A stretch of 64,000 nucleotides of DNA, from positions 12,580 to 76,579 of IMG/VR virus record IMGVR_UViG_2597490201_000002, one strand, 5' to 3'. The notes beneath the pieces were generated by a model. It was not told the DNA's origin, ran no database searches, and saw nothing but the letters and a program-made list of their open reading frames with translations. The position numbers and the translations under genes are program-made. This document shows, one piece after another, positions 1-9,088 of this stretch; position 1 is the first letter of the stretch, and each line of letters begins with the position of its first letter. This DNA comes from a virus (taxonomy: Duplodnaviria > Caudoviricetes).

Positions 1-82
1 TCAAATGCCTTGAGGAAAGACGCTTGGGCCGCCGAGGATGGTGGTAGGGGCTGCATCGGTTGCTCCGGTTCGGGACAACCAA

Positions 83-145
83 TGCATAACCAATCAATTT
101 GTGATCAGCAACAAAAAAGATGGTTATGCGACAAATCTTTTGGTT
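83..145 (-). promoter_or_regulatory. Unit 1 left operator/promoter (OL/PL-like)
   Basis: Three 15-bp ACAAA-N5-TGGTT sites (88-102 reversed, 111-125, 131-145); minus-strand TTGCTG(111-106)-17-TATGCA(88-83). Confidence 0.7.
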
Positions 146-302
146 TTTTGCCATTGACAGAGGCATGGCAAATCCCCCTATAACCCCCTTGGGAGTTCTG
201 GGTGAAATCGAGTCACACTGAGGATCTGGAGATAGTTTAGGGGCCGTAAGGCCCCCTATGTACATACCTAGTAGATATACCGCGCGAGGCTTACGCCGCG
301 CT

Positions 303-899
303 TTATTCCTCGAAAAACTCTAGCTGAAAACAAAACTGGGGTGGAGTGATGCCGCCCCATTCCGGCGTCGTATAGGCCCTGGCGAACCAGCCTTGGGCAA
401 GAACGAGGTCGTCGGAGGTGCCGTGAGGAATGTTGTCTCCTCGTACCAGGGCATTCTGCAGGTCTGCGGCAGCTTGTGCAAACAAGGGCTCGGCTTCGAC
501 ATCTGGGATGTTCAGCTTGTTCTCAACAGCGTTCAGCAGGGTCGCAATGACCTGCTCAAATCTACTCACCAGGTACTTATCGTCACTTTCCGGGACCAGG
601 TTGGCGCAGATATCCAGAAGTGCAAAGGAGCCGTCTGGCCTGCAGTCGAGATAGCCAGTGTGGTTCTTGATCGCTATTTGAGGTTGCTCCATCCGGTCTT
701 CCAGGACCGCCTCGCCGACTGTCGCGTGGCGCAGTTCATCAAAGTGAAACGGCTTGTCGAATAAGGCCGGGACCGTCGAGCGCGTGGATCGGAGATCTTC
801 GAACTCATCGACCAATGCTTGGCAAGACAAGCCGGCATCACTTGCAACGGCCGGGGTTGCGAAAATAACCAAGCATACCAGCCAATGTGCTCGCATCAT
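303..899 (-). CDS. Exported protein in the cI operon
   Basis: N-terminal signal-peptide-like segment; overlaps stop of upstream ORF. Confidence 0.65.
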   Translation of the reverse strand: MMRAHWLVCLVIFATPAVASDAGLSCQALVDEFEDLRSTRSTVPALFDKPFHFDELRHATVGEAVLEDRMEQPQIAIKNHTGYLDCRPDGSFALLDICANLVPESDDKYLVSRFEQVIATLLNAVENKLNIPDVEAEPLFAQAAADLQNALVRGDNIPHGTSDDLVLAQGWFARAYTTPEWGGITPPQFCFQLEFFEE

Positions 900-1147
900 T
901 CGATCTCCGGTATCTCGCCTTCAGAAAATAGCGTGACCGGCTCCCCGAATTCACCGTTGATCAGGTCAGCCTCGCGGGACCAAGCGATCACGCCTTCATA
1001 TTTTCCGCTCGCCCAAAGTAGCCTTGCCTGTTGCTTCGCTCCAGATTCGGACTGAGCTTCCCGGGCTTCAAATGCGGGCCGAAGTTCGCCCTCTTCGTCA
1101 CGAGCAAACGCTACATAAACGATGAGTTTCGTTGGCAAAGGGCTCAA
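896..1147 (-). CDS. Small uncharacterised protein, homologous to 24138-24395
   Basis: TTG start overlaps cI stop (TTGA); C-terminus GVIAWSREAD..GEFGEPVTL..GEIPE. Confidence 0.7.
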   Translation of the reverse strand: MSPLPTKLIVYVAFARDEEGELRPAFEAREAQSESGAKQQARLLWASGKYEGVIAWSREADLINGEFGEPVTLFSEGEIPEIE

Positions 1148-1935
1148 TTGATTCTTCCAAATCTCCAGAGCACCGCTCCAATAATTTGGACCTCGTCCAA
1201 ATTCCACTCGCGGGGAGCGTGTTTGGGGTTGTCCGAAATAATCCGAACGGTCTGGATTTCGTCGTTAGGCTTGCTCGTAAGCTCGAGGCGCTTGATGACA
1301 ATCCCGCCAAAGGCGTCTGTGAGAGCATAGATCCCGTCCGGCGAGGGAAGGCGATGCTTCGTGTTCACCACAACGAACTCCCCATCCAGAACGGTGGGCG
1401 ACATGCTGTCGCCCGAAGACGGAAGTATCGCTAAGTCCTCAGGGCTAACGCCTGCGGCCCGGAGTAGTGCAAGGGGAAAGCGCCAAAAGTCGCTTACCGC
1501 TTCGGCTGAGAAGGTCATTCCATTGCGGCCGGGCACTCCTTCGTGGACCAGCGTTAGGCCGCCCCCGCCCATTCCAGCAATGACATCGATCTGAGGGACA
1601 GTGCCTTCGGGTATGCCTTGGCGGCCCGTTTCAGAGCCGACTGTCATTCCCTCGGGCAGGGCTGCATCGACTGCATCCGGGTCGAAGCTCTCAAAGACTC
1701 TAGGTCGCGGGGCCCGGGGCATCTCCTGTTCGTCGTAAAGATAGAGAACATCGACCTGCAAGGATCTAGCCAGAACGTCCGTGTAGGTGGGGTTCTTCGT
1801 TACACCCATCTCAACCGCGGCAATTGCCTGCTGTGTCTTTCCTACACGTTTGGCCAGCTCTTGCTGAGATAGCCCCATTGCTTCTCTGGCCTGGATTACA
1901 CGTTTCGGATTTATCGATCTCTGAGACTTTTTCAT
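1144..1935 (-). CDS. cI: CI-like repressor (XRE HTH + S24 peptidase), unit 1
   Basis: HTH LSQQELAKRVGKTQQAIAAVE; AG cleavage-site motif, GDSM serine and IVIKRL lysine motifs. Confidence 0.92.
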   Translation of the reverse strand: MKKSQRSINPKRVIQAREAMGLSQQELAKRVGKTQQAIAAVEMGVTKNPTYTDVLARSLQVDVLYLYDEQEMPRAPRPRVFESFDPDAVDAALPEGMTVGSETGRQGIPEGTVPQIDVIAGMGGGGLTLVHEGVPGRNGMTFSAEAVSDFWRFPLALLRAAGVSPEDLAILPSSGDSMSPTVLDGEFVVVNTKHRLPSPDGIYALTDAFGGIVIKRLELTSKPNDEIQTVRIISDNPKHAPREWNLDEVQIIGAVLWRFGRIN

Positions 1936-1971
1936 GCGGCAAACCTAGGCTGTCGCTCACAAATCGTCCCC

Positions 1972-2013
1972 ACAAAGAAAATGGTTGAAACCAACCAATT
2001 CATTTGTTATTGA
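1972..2013 (+). promoter_or_regulatory. Unit 1 right operator/promoter (OR/PR-like)
   Basis: ACAAA-N5-TGGTT at 1972-1986 and reversed at 1993-2007; TTGAAA(1985)-17-TATTGA just before cro ATG. Confidence 0.72.
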
Positions 2014-2020
2014 TTTGTGC

Positions 2021-2254
2021 ATGGAACCAAAAACAGCACTCGAAAAAGCGATTGAAGCCGCTGGAAGCCAGCGAGCACTCGCCGCGATCCTGAAGGTCTC
2101 TCAGCAGGTGGTCTCGTACCGGGTGCAGTCCGGCAAAGGTCTATCCGCTGAAGACGCGCTCAAGGTGGAAGCATCGACCGGCATGTCCAGGCATGAATTG
2201 CGGCCGGACATCTTTGGTCCACCACCAGAGCCGGCGCTTCAGGCGACCGGCTAA
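2021..2254 (+). CDS. cro: Cro-like regulator, unit 1
   Basis: Divergent from cI; GSQRALAAILKVSQQVVS HTH and ELRPDIF tail. Confidence 0.88.
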   Translation: MEPKTALEKAIEAAGSQRALAAILKVSQQVVSYRVQSGKGLSAEDALKVEASTGMSRHELRPDIFGPPPEPALQATG

Positions 2255-2320
2255 CTACCACGCTTTCCATCATCTCCGAGCCCTCCGAGCAGCACCCCGT
2301 GGTGCGCTGACGGCTCCTCT

Positions 2321-2665
2321 TTGCCTGAAGGATGTTCTGAAGTGTCAGAAAAGATCAAAGCCAGCTCAGAACTGCCCCGCGCCGAACTCCGCGGTCGTAT
2401 CCAGAAAATCGCTGCCCGCGTTGCCCCCGGCCTCAAGCTGTCCCGTCAGCTCGCCATCCTTGCCAACCTCATCTCCACCCAGTCGGGCAAGGAAGTCGGG
2501 GCAGGGACCGTCAAGGACTGGTGGTACGCGCTCGACGATGACGACCGTGCCGTCGACAGCCGCCACATGGACTGGGCGCGTCAGCGCGACCGCCAGGTTG
2601 CCGCGAACGACAACGGCTACCGCCTTCCATGCCCTCTGAATTTTCCCGCGGCTGCGGCCGCATGA
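2321..2665 (+). CDS. Putative CII-like DNA-binding protein
   Basis: Position after cro, HTH-like TVKDWWY segment, followed by terminator. Confidence 0.45.
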   Translation: MPEGCSEVSEKIKASSELPRAELRGRIQKIAARVAPGLKLSRQLAILANLISTQSGKEVGAGTVKDWWYALDDDDRAVDSRHMDWARQRDRQVAANDNGYRLPCPLNFPAAAAA

Positions 2666-2668
2666 CGA

Positions 2669-2700
2669 CCCCGTCGGCAATGGCGCCGGCGGGGATTTTT
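2669..2700 (+). terminator. Intrinsic terminator
   Basis: ccccgtcggc/gccggcgggg stem then atttt. Confidence 0.7.
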
Positions 2701-2713
2701 ATTGGAGTGACCA

Positions 2714-2983
2714 ATGCCCCTTAAATCGCTTTCCCAGCGTGGGTTGATCCGCATTCCCCGCAATGCCCTTCAGCGGCAATTTCTTGAAGGCGGCACCAAG
2801 CCGAGCCGAAAGACCCTCGAGTCTTTTAACGAGCACCAGGAAGATCGTCAGCTCCACCCGACAAAGGGCTTTCGGGGCCTCAGCGTTCGTCGTGGCCGCG
2901 CCCAGTATTTGATGGCGCACATCTTCGACGGTGGCACCGCCGACACGGCCACAATGCGCCGTTTCCTGCAGCACGGCTACTGA
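2714..2983 (+). CDS. Hypothetical basic protein
   Basis: GGAG RBS, in operon. Confidence 0.6.
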   Translation: MPLKSLSQRGLIRIPRNALQRQFLEGGTKPSRKTLESFNEHQEDRQLHPTKGFRGLSVRRGRAQYLMAHIFDGGTADTATMRRFLQHGY

Positions 2984-2994
2984 GGAGCAGCGCG

Positions 2995-3333
2995 ATGTCA
3001 GAACAGCGCCCAAATACCTATGACGACGACGATCTCGCCGCCAAGCTCGAAGAGATCGAAGCACTGGTAGCGCAGAAGGCCTCCATTATGGCCACGGCAA
3101 TGGCCGAGTGCGGCAAGATCTCCGAGAAGATCAAGACCGCCAAGAAGGAAGCGAAGGACGACCTCAGCATTCCGCTGAAGGTGCTGAACCCGCTCCTCAA
3201 GCGCCGCAAGCTCGAGCGTGAGATCGAAAAGATCGACGAGGGCATCGACGAGGACTTCGCGGATATTTGGGCCGACGCCTCCGGCCAGTTCTGCATGTTC
3301 GCCCCCGTCGAATCCGAAGCCGAGGCGGCGTAG
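2995..3333 (+). CDS. Coiled-coil protein, distantly GapR (DUF2312)-like
   Basis: GAGGAG RBS; pattern IE.L...K..I.E.IK..KKEAK....P.K.L..L.KRRK resembles GapR. Confidence 0.5.
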   Translation: MSEQRPNTYDDDDLAAKLEEIEALVAQKASIMATAMAECGKISEKIKTAKKEAKDDLSIPLKVLNPLLKRRKLEREIEKIDEGIDEDFADIWADASGQFCMFAPVESEAEAA

Positions 3334-3335
3334 CC

Positions 3336-3848
3336 ATGACTACGATCGGCATGGACCCCGGCGTCACTGGCGCCATCGCTTTTCTCACCGATGACGGCGA
3401 CCTGCTCTCGGTCGTGGACATGCCGGTCTTCGCCGTCAAGAAGATGGTGAAGGGTAAGGAGCGGACCCGCAACCACATCAACGTGCACTCCCTCGGCGAC
3501 ATTCTGCGCCCGTATGCCGGTGCGCAGGCTGTCATCGAAGATGTCCATTCGCGCCCTGACGACGGCGGTGTGCAGGCTTTCTCCTTTGGCTTTGGCACTG
3601 GAACGCTTCACGGCGCTGTTGGCGCGCTGGGGATGCAACTCGATACGGTGGCCCCCGCCAGGTGGAAGAAGCACCACAGGTTGACCGCTGACAAGGATGA
3701 AGCCCGCAGGCTGGCCACCCGCCTTTGGCCGCAGCACTCGTCGCTTTTCGCCCGAAAAATGGACGCCGGCCGCGCCGAGGCGGCGCTGATCGGTCGTTTC
3801 CGGATCGACGTTCAGCGCCAGGTCCGCAACGCCGACGTGGTGTTCTGA
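3336..3848 (+). CDS. RuvC-like Holliday junction resolvase
   Basis: IGMDPG, VIED and GRAEAALI motifs. Confidence 0.82.
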   Translation: MTTIGMDPGVTGAIAFLTDDGDLLSVVDMPVFAVKKMVKGKERTRNHINVHSLGDILRPYAGAQAVIEDVHSRPDDGGVQAFSFGFGTGTLHGAVGALGMQLDTVAPARWKKHHRLTADKDEARRLATRLWPQHSSLFARKMDAGRAEAALIGRFRIDVQRQVRNADVVF

Positions 3849-4048
3849 TGAAGGTCGCAGTTCCCCCGCAATACCGCCACGACCTTTTCAATTTCGTCTG
3901 GTCGCTCGCGCAAATGGATCGCCTTGCGGACCTAATCCGCGCCGGCAACAGCCCTGTCGAAATCGCCCGCGTGTTCGCGGTCACTCCCCAAGAAATCCGC
4001 GACGTTGTCGCCCGCAACGCGGCCTATCTGCCGCAGATGAAAGCATAG
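3848..4048 (+). CDS. Small HTH protein resembling the GcrA N-terminal domain
   Basis: WS....DRL..L...G.S..EIA pattern; coupled to upstream stop. Confidence 0.5.
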   Translation: MKVAVPPQYRHDLFNFVWSLAQMDRLADLIRAGNSPVEIARVFAVTPQEIRDVVARNAAYLPQMKA

Positions 4049-4050
4049 TC

Positions 4051-4569
4051 ATGGCTGGAGATCTCAATCGCGGCACTCTTATTGGCCGCCTGGGCAAAGA
4101 CCCAGAAATCCGCAACACCGGCGCCGGCAAACCCGTCGCCAGCTTCTCGATCGCAACGTCTGACAAATGGAAGGACCGCGACGGGAATGAGAAGGAGACC
4201 ACCGAGTGGCACAACATCGTTGTGTTCCGAGAGTCGACGGCACGCTTCTGCGAGCACTACCTGAATAAGGGTGACCAGGTCTACGTCGAGGGCGCGATCA
4301 AGACGCGCTCGTGGGAAAAGGACGGCGTAAAGCGCTACTCGACTGAGATCGTCGTCTCCGACTTCAATGGCGAGGTGCGCAAGCTCGGCAGTGCTGGCGA
4401 AGGCAAAGGCAGCCGCGACGAAAGCCAGTATGGCTCCACGCGTGACCGCGACCACGGCGGCAGCTTGACCGGAGGATACTCCGGTGGCGGACGGCCGTCC
4501 GGCAACCGCCCAGCGTTCGACACAGGTGGGCTGGACGATGACATTCCGTTCGCTCCGGAATGGCGGTGA
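4051..4569 (+). CDS. ssb: Single-stranded DNA-binding protein
   Basis: LIGRLGKDPE, TEWHNIV, acidic DDDIPF tail. Confidence 0.96.
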   Translation: MAGDLNRGTLIGRLGKDPEIRNTGAGKPVASFSIATSDKWKDRDGNEKETTEWHNIVVFRESTARFCEHYLNKGDQVYVEGAIKTRSWEKDGVKRYSTEIVVSDFNGEVRKLGSAGEGKGSRDESQYGSTRDRDHGGSLTGGYSGGGRPSGNRPAFDTGGLDDDIPFAPEWR

Positions 4570-4759
4570 GGGCCGCCATGAACCTCTACAGCCTTGTGCT
4601 CCACTGCGAGATAGCCACGGTACCTGTGAAGGTCTTGCCGAGGACGCTGCATGATCCGCAGATCCTAAAGTCGGATCCTGTCGCTTTCATTTTCGCCTCT
4701 CCGCCCTGCGTCGCATATGCTCGCCCCAAGGGCGGCGAAGCACCATCGGCAGGTGCAAA

Positions 4760-7033
4760 ATGAACGCCATCCTCCACAATTCCTTCCTGTCTTTCGCCGA
4801 GGCGCATGGCTTCGACGTCAACCAAGAGCTGATCATCGACTGCTTCGCAGGTGGCGGCGGAGCGAGCGAGGGTATGGAGATGGCTATGCGCGACATGCGC
4901 GCGGCTGGGCTTCTTCCTGACGACCACCGTTGCGCTGTCGACATAGCCATCAACCATGATCCCAAGGCCATTGCGATGCACGCCGCCAATCACCCGCGGA
5001 CTATGCATCTCACGGCCGATATCTGGACCGCTGATCCGCTGACTGTGACGGGCGGCATTGCCGTCGGCGCTCTCTGGGCTTCTCCCGACTGCCGCGGCTT
5101 CTCCAAGGCCAAGGGCGGCGCTCCTGTCAGCAAGTCGGTGCGTTCGCTCGCTTGGGTGGTGGCGCACTGGGCCGACCAAGTGCGGCCGCGCGAAATCTAC
5201 ATGGAGAACGTCGAGGAGTTCCAGGATTGGTGCGATCTCGACATGACGAGCCGGCCCGACAAGAACCTCAAGGGCAAAGAGTTCAAGCGCTGGGTGAAGC
5301 GCTTCAAGAAGATGGGCTACACGGTCGAATGGCGAGTGCTGCGCGCGAACTTCTTCGGCGCCCCCACGATCCGGAAACGCCTCTACATCATGATGCGCTG
5401 CGACGGCGAGCAGATCATCTGGCCGGCCGAAACCCATGCGGACCGCAAGTCGGAACAGGTGGCCAGCGGTGAGATGCAGGCTTGGCCGGTGGCTGCCGAT
5501 ATTCTCGATTTCAATAGGCCTTGCCCGTCCATCCTGATGACGAAGGAAGAGGCCAAGGCCTACACCAAGGCGACGGGAACCCGCATCATCCGTCCCCTGG
5601 CGCGCAACAGTGAGGCGCGCATCGCCATGGGCACTCTGCGCTATGTGCTGGAGCGGGAAGAGCCGTTCATCGTTACCCTCAATCATGGCGGAGACTGGTT
5701 CCGCGGGCAGGGCGGGCTAGACCGGCCGTTCAATACCGTCGCCGCTGCGCGTGACGCCCACGGGCTCGTCGTTCCCCACCTCAGCGCCTACCACAGCCCC
5801 GGTGCTGGCGGCCTCGACCGCTCGTCGGATGTGAACGAGCCGATCCGCACGATCGATACGGCCCCGCGCCATGCTTTGATCGGTGCGACGGTCGCGCCGC
5901 ATCTGATGACGATGCGGAACTCGGGCAAGCCGTTTGCTGGGGCCGACGAACCAACCCACACCGTGACCGCCGGCGGTGCGGGTCTGAGTGTTGTGGAAGC
6001 GGAACTCGCTCCATTCCTTTCTCATGGCCAGCACGGAGGTCGGAGCCGGTCGGCTGAGGATCCTGCGCACACAATCGAAGCGTCGACCAAGGACACCAAC
6101 CAGGTTGTGGCCGTTTACCTGAACAAGCACACGTCAGGCGGTGTAGGGACTGCGGCCGACGAAGCGGTTCCAACAGTCACGGCCAATAGCTTCATCAAGC
6201 GCCCGGGCGGCGCGTCGCCGCTTGGCGCGACGGCCGTCTACCTGGCCCAGCATAACGGAGGCCCGAGGGCGCCTATCGGTCGTGAGGTTACCGATCCGCT
6301 GTCAACTGCAGCGACGACGGGATCTCAACAGGCGGTAATCGCCGCGCACCTAGGTCGCCAGTTCGGAAACTCGGTCGGCAGCGACATGGAAGAGCCGGTC
6401 GGCGCGATCATGCCTGGTGGCGGGGGAAAGACGCAGGTTGTTTCCGCGCATATGATTTCGATGAAGGGCAGCGATCGTCGCGCCTCGTCTGTTGAAGAGC
6501 CGGCACCGGCTACCACTGCGCAAGGTCAGCATACCGGCGTCGTTATGCCTTTCATGACGGCGTATTTCGGTTCCGACGAGGTTGGTGGTGCCCCAGACGC
6601 GCCTGTTCGAACCGTCACCGTCAAGCCGCGCTTCGGTCATGTCGAAGCCGAGGTGGAGGTCGCGCCGCTTACTGACGCTCATCTCGATAGTGCGCGCAAG
6701 GTCGCGGCTTTCCTGCGCAAATACGGCTGCTGGGATGATCGCGAGTTCGTAACCGTCGGCCCGTGGATCGTAATCGACATCGGCATGCGCATGCTGACGC
6801 CCCGCGAACTCGCTCGGGCGCAGGGTTTCCGTGAAAGCTACATCCTGGCCGCCCCCTTCAATGGCGGCTTCCTCACCGAAACCGACCAGCGGCACAAGAT
6901 CGGCAACTCGGTCTGCCCCGACATGGCCTATGTGCTCTTCCGGAACAATTACCGCCCAAGGCCCCGCCTTGTCGTCAACAACGATCAAGGGTGGCTGTTC
7001 TCGGCGCCCTCGACCCAGAGGGCCGCAGCATGA
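4760..7033 (+). CDS. DNA cytosine-5 methyltransferase with repetitive variable region
   Basis: FAGGGG, SPDC, MENV, RKR, RMLTPRELARAQGF, IGNSV motifs. Confidence 0.93.
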   Translation: MNAILHNSFLSFAEAHGFDVNQELIIDCFAGGGGASEGMEMAMRDMRAAGLLPDDHRCAVDIAINHDPKAIAMHAANHPRTMHLTADIWTADPLTVTGGIAVGALWASPDCRGFSKAKGGAPVSKSVRSLAWVVAHWADQVRPREIYMENVEEFQDWCDLDMTSRPDKNLKGKEFKRWVKRFKKMGYTVEWRVLRANFFGAPTIRKRLYIMMRCDGEQIIWPAETHADRKSEQVASGEMQAWPVAADILDFNRPCPSILMTKEEAKAYTKATGTRIIRPLARNSEARIAMGTLRYVLEREEPFIVTLNHGGDWFRGQGGLDRPFNTVAAARDAHGLVVPHLSAYHSPGAGGLDRSSDVNEPIRTIDTAPRHALIGATVAPHLMTMRNSGKPFAGADEPTHTVTAGGAGLSVVEAELAPFLSHGQHGGRSRSAEDPAHTIEASTKDTNQVVAVYLNKHTSGGVGTAADEAVPTVTANSFIKRPGGASPLGATAVYLAQHNGGPRAPIGREVTDPLSTAATTGSQQAVIAAHLGRQFGNSVGSDMEEPVGAIMPGGGGKTQVVSAHMISMKGSDRRASSVEEPAPATTAQGQHTGVVMPFMTAYFGSDEVGGAPDAPVRTVTVKPRFGHVEAEVEVAPLTDAHLDSARKVAAFLRKYGCWDDREFVTVGPWIVIDIGMRMLTPRELARAQGFRESYILAAPFNGGFLTETDQRHKIGNSVCPDMAYVLFRNNYRPRPRLVVNNDQGWLFSAPSTQRAAA

Positions 7034-8124
7034 CCCTGTTCCCCCAGCATACGCAGCGTGACATCCGCAACCTGGCGACGGCCTCCTTGTCGATGATCGC
7101 CTATTTTTACCAGTGCGAGGTCTCTGACGTCCTCGGCACCTTGATTACGCAGCCGACCTCCCATGCACCGGCTGCGGCGGCGCCCGTTCCTCCAGCGGAC
7201 GCCACGGCGGAGGACGACGCCCTCTCGTCCTCCGCCGATCAATCCCAAGCGAAAGCTGCTGATGACGCAACCTCAGGGTCTGCGATGTCCGAACCGTCGG
7301 CACCGGCCGGCGGACCTCAGGAAGCCGAGGCAGTGAGTAGGGTTGGCGGTGACCGGGCACCGTCTGCAACGTCTGAGGGTATGGACGTGACGGCGGGAGA
7401 GACCGCACCCAATTCGCCAGAAACGGCACCGAGTGGCGAGGAACGGGAAACCGGCTCCGCGGCGGGTGAAAGCCCCGTCATCCGAGCTGCCGGGGATACC
7501 GGAGCGCAACCCGCGGGAGGAGAAAATGTAGCCCCGAAGAAAAGTAGGCGTACGAAAAACTTGGACGCCGCCTTGGCCGGCGGCACCCGAACTGGCGGGA
7601 CGACCAGTAGCGCCGTGGGATCCGGCGCGCTCACCGACTTCGACAAGGCCGTGCTGGCGCTGCACACGGCCGATCCGCAGCTTACACGACGGGAGATTGC
7701 CGCTCGGCTTGGAAAGTCTGTCCACTACACCTCGGCTTCCGTGCGCAAGCAGAAGCTGCCCGTTATGACGGGTCGAGCGGGCGACGTCGTCCCAGAGCCA
7801 CCGATCGATATATCGAAACTGCAGCGGGCCCAGCCCAAGAAGCCAGGGCCGATCGATGGCTTCACGCTGAAATACCGCGTCCAGAAGATCCACGAGCAGC
7901 ACCCGAACCTTACTGCGTCGCTCATCGCGAAGCAGCTCGGGGCGAAGGTCTCTAGCGTGTCGACCTACCTGGTGCAGTTTCGCACCGCGCCCGGCGTTGA
8001 GGTGACAGACGAGAGCATGGCGCAGGCGGCCCGGGTGCTGCCGAATGGAGTGGCAGGCGAGGTCGAAGCCCGCATGAGGTCCGACGCGCAAGCCCGCAAA
8101 GCTCGGCTCGGGAAGACCTCTTAA
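7030..8124 (+). CDS. Low-complexity protein with two C-terminal HTH-like domains
   Basis: ATGA overlap; PQLTRREIAARLG and PNLTASLIAKQLG. Confidence 0.7.
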   Translation: MTLFPQHTQRDIRNLATASLSMIAYFYQCEVSDVLGTLITQPTSHAPAAAAPVPPADATAEDDALSSSADQSQAKAADDATSGSAMSEPSAPAGGPQEAEAVSRVGGDRAPSATSEGMDVTAGETAPNSPETAPSGEERETGSAAGESPVIRAAGDTGAQPAGGENVAPKKSRRTKNLDAALAGGTRTGGTTSSAVGSGALTDFDKAVLALHTADPQLTRREIAARLGKSVHYTSASVRKQKLPVMTGRAGDVVPEPPIDISKLQRAQPKKPGPIDGFTLKYRVQKIHEQHPNLTASLIAKQLGAKVSSVSTYLVQFRTAPGVEVTDESMAQAARVLPNGVAGEVEARMRSDAQARKARLGKTS

Positions 8125-8792
8125 TGGCCCAGAATACCTCTTCCGCCGTGATGCAGCAGCGTCTGGATCACGGCGACAAGCTCAACTACTTCCCAACGCC
8201 GCTTTGGGCCACGCGCGCTCTTATCCGCTGGATCATTGAGAATATCGGCCCGGTCGAGGGCTTGACGTGTCTGGAGCCCGCGTGCGGTCAAGGGCATATG
8301 GCGCGGGCACTGGCGGAGTTCTTTCAGTCGGTGTCGGCGTCGGATTTGGTCGATCGCGGATACGGCACCCAAGCAGACTTCCTCTTCCCAGACGACACTA
8401 GCGAGTTCGACTGGATCATCACCAACCCGCCGTTCTCGCTCGCCGAGGAATTCATCTTGCGCGCGCTGCTGCGCGCCAGAGTGGGCGTGGCGATGCTCGT
8501 CCGCACGGCGTTCATCGAAGGGGAAGGGCGCTACCTGAAGCTCTTCCGTCCGGCACCGCCTCGAGCATTTCTACAGTTCGTAGAACGCGTTCCGATGTTC
8601 AAAGGGGTGGTCCGCAACCCTGCAGAACTCTACTGGGACGAAGAAGCACAGAAGTGGCGGCGTCCGTCGTCTGCGACGGCCTATTCGTGGGTGGTCTGGG
8701 TCAAAGACCATGACGGACGGCCCGAACTGGCCTGGATCCCGCCCAGCCGGCGCAAGCTTGAGCGGCCCGGCGACTATGAGGTGACGCCATGA
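8124..8792 (+). CDS. Amino (N6A/N4C) DNA methyltransferase
   Basis: FPTP, LEPACGQG, ITNPPF. Confidence 0.88.
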   Translation: MAQNTSSAVMQQRLDHGDKLNYFPTPLWATRALIRWIIENIGPVEGLTCLEPACGQGHMARALAEFFQSVSASDLVDRGYGTQADFLFPDDTSEFDWIITNPPFSLAEEFILRALLRARVGVAMLVRTAFIEGEGRYLKLFRPAPPRAFLQFVERVPMFKGVVRNPAELYWDEEAQKWRRPSSATAYSWVVWVKDHDGRPELAWIPPSRRKLERPGDYEVTP

Positions 8793-9088
8793 GCCTCGGC
8801 GTGTCCCAACTCTTCGACCTCGAGCACAAGATCCGTGCCGAGGCCGAGCGCATCCGCTTCCGCTGGCCCGCCGAGATGCTTGCAGACCCAAAGGTAGCGG
8901 GCGAAGTCAAAGTCCACGTCCGGAACAAGCGGGCCTTCGCCGACGACCTCGATCAGGTCGGCAACCTGCTGTGCGGCATGCAGGCAGATTGGCCGCTGGT
9001 TGGGCCGCTGCTGCGCAAGGGCTACCTGGCTATGCAGCCGCCCGCACCCATGGACGACAGCCCCACCGAAGAGGATAGCGCGGCATGA
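8789..9088 (+). CDS. Hypothetical protein
   Basis: ATGA-coupled on both sides. Confidence 0.65.
   Translation: MSLGVSQLFDLEHKIRAEAERIRFRWPAEMLADPKVAGEVKVHVRNKRAFADDLDQVGNLLCGMQADWPLVGPLLRKGYLAMQPPAPMDDSPTEEDSAA

Noticed and set aside
7450-7490. tRNA-like arm GCGGGTGAAAGCCCCGT
   Set aside because: No full cloverleaf or TTC T-loop; lies within a coding linker
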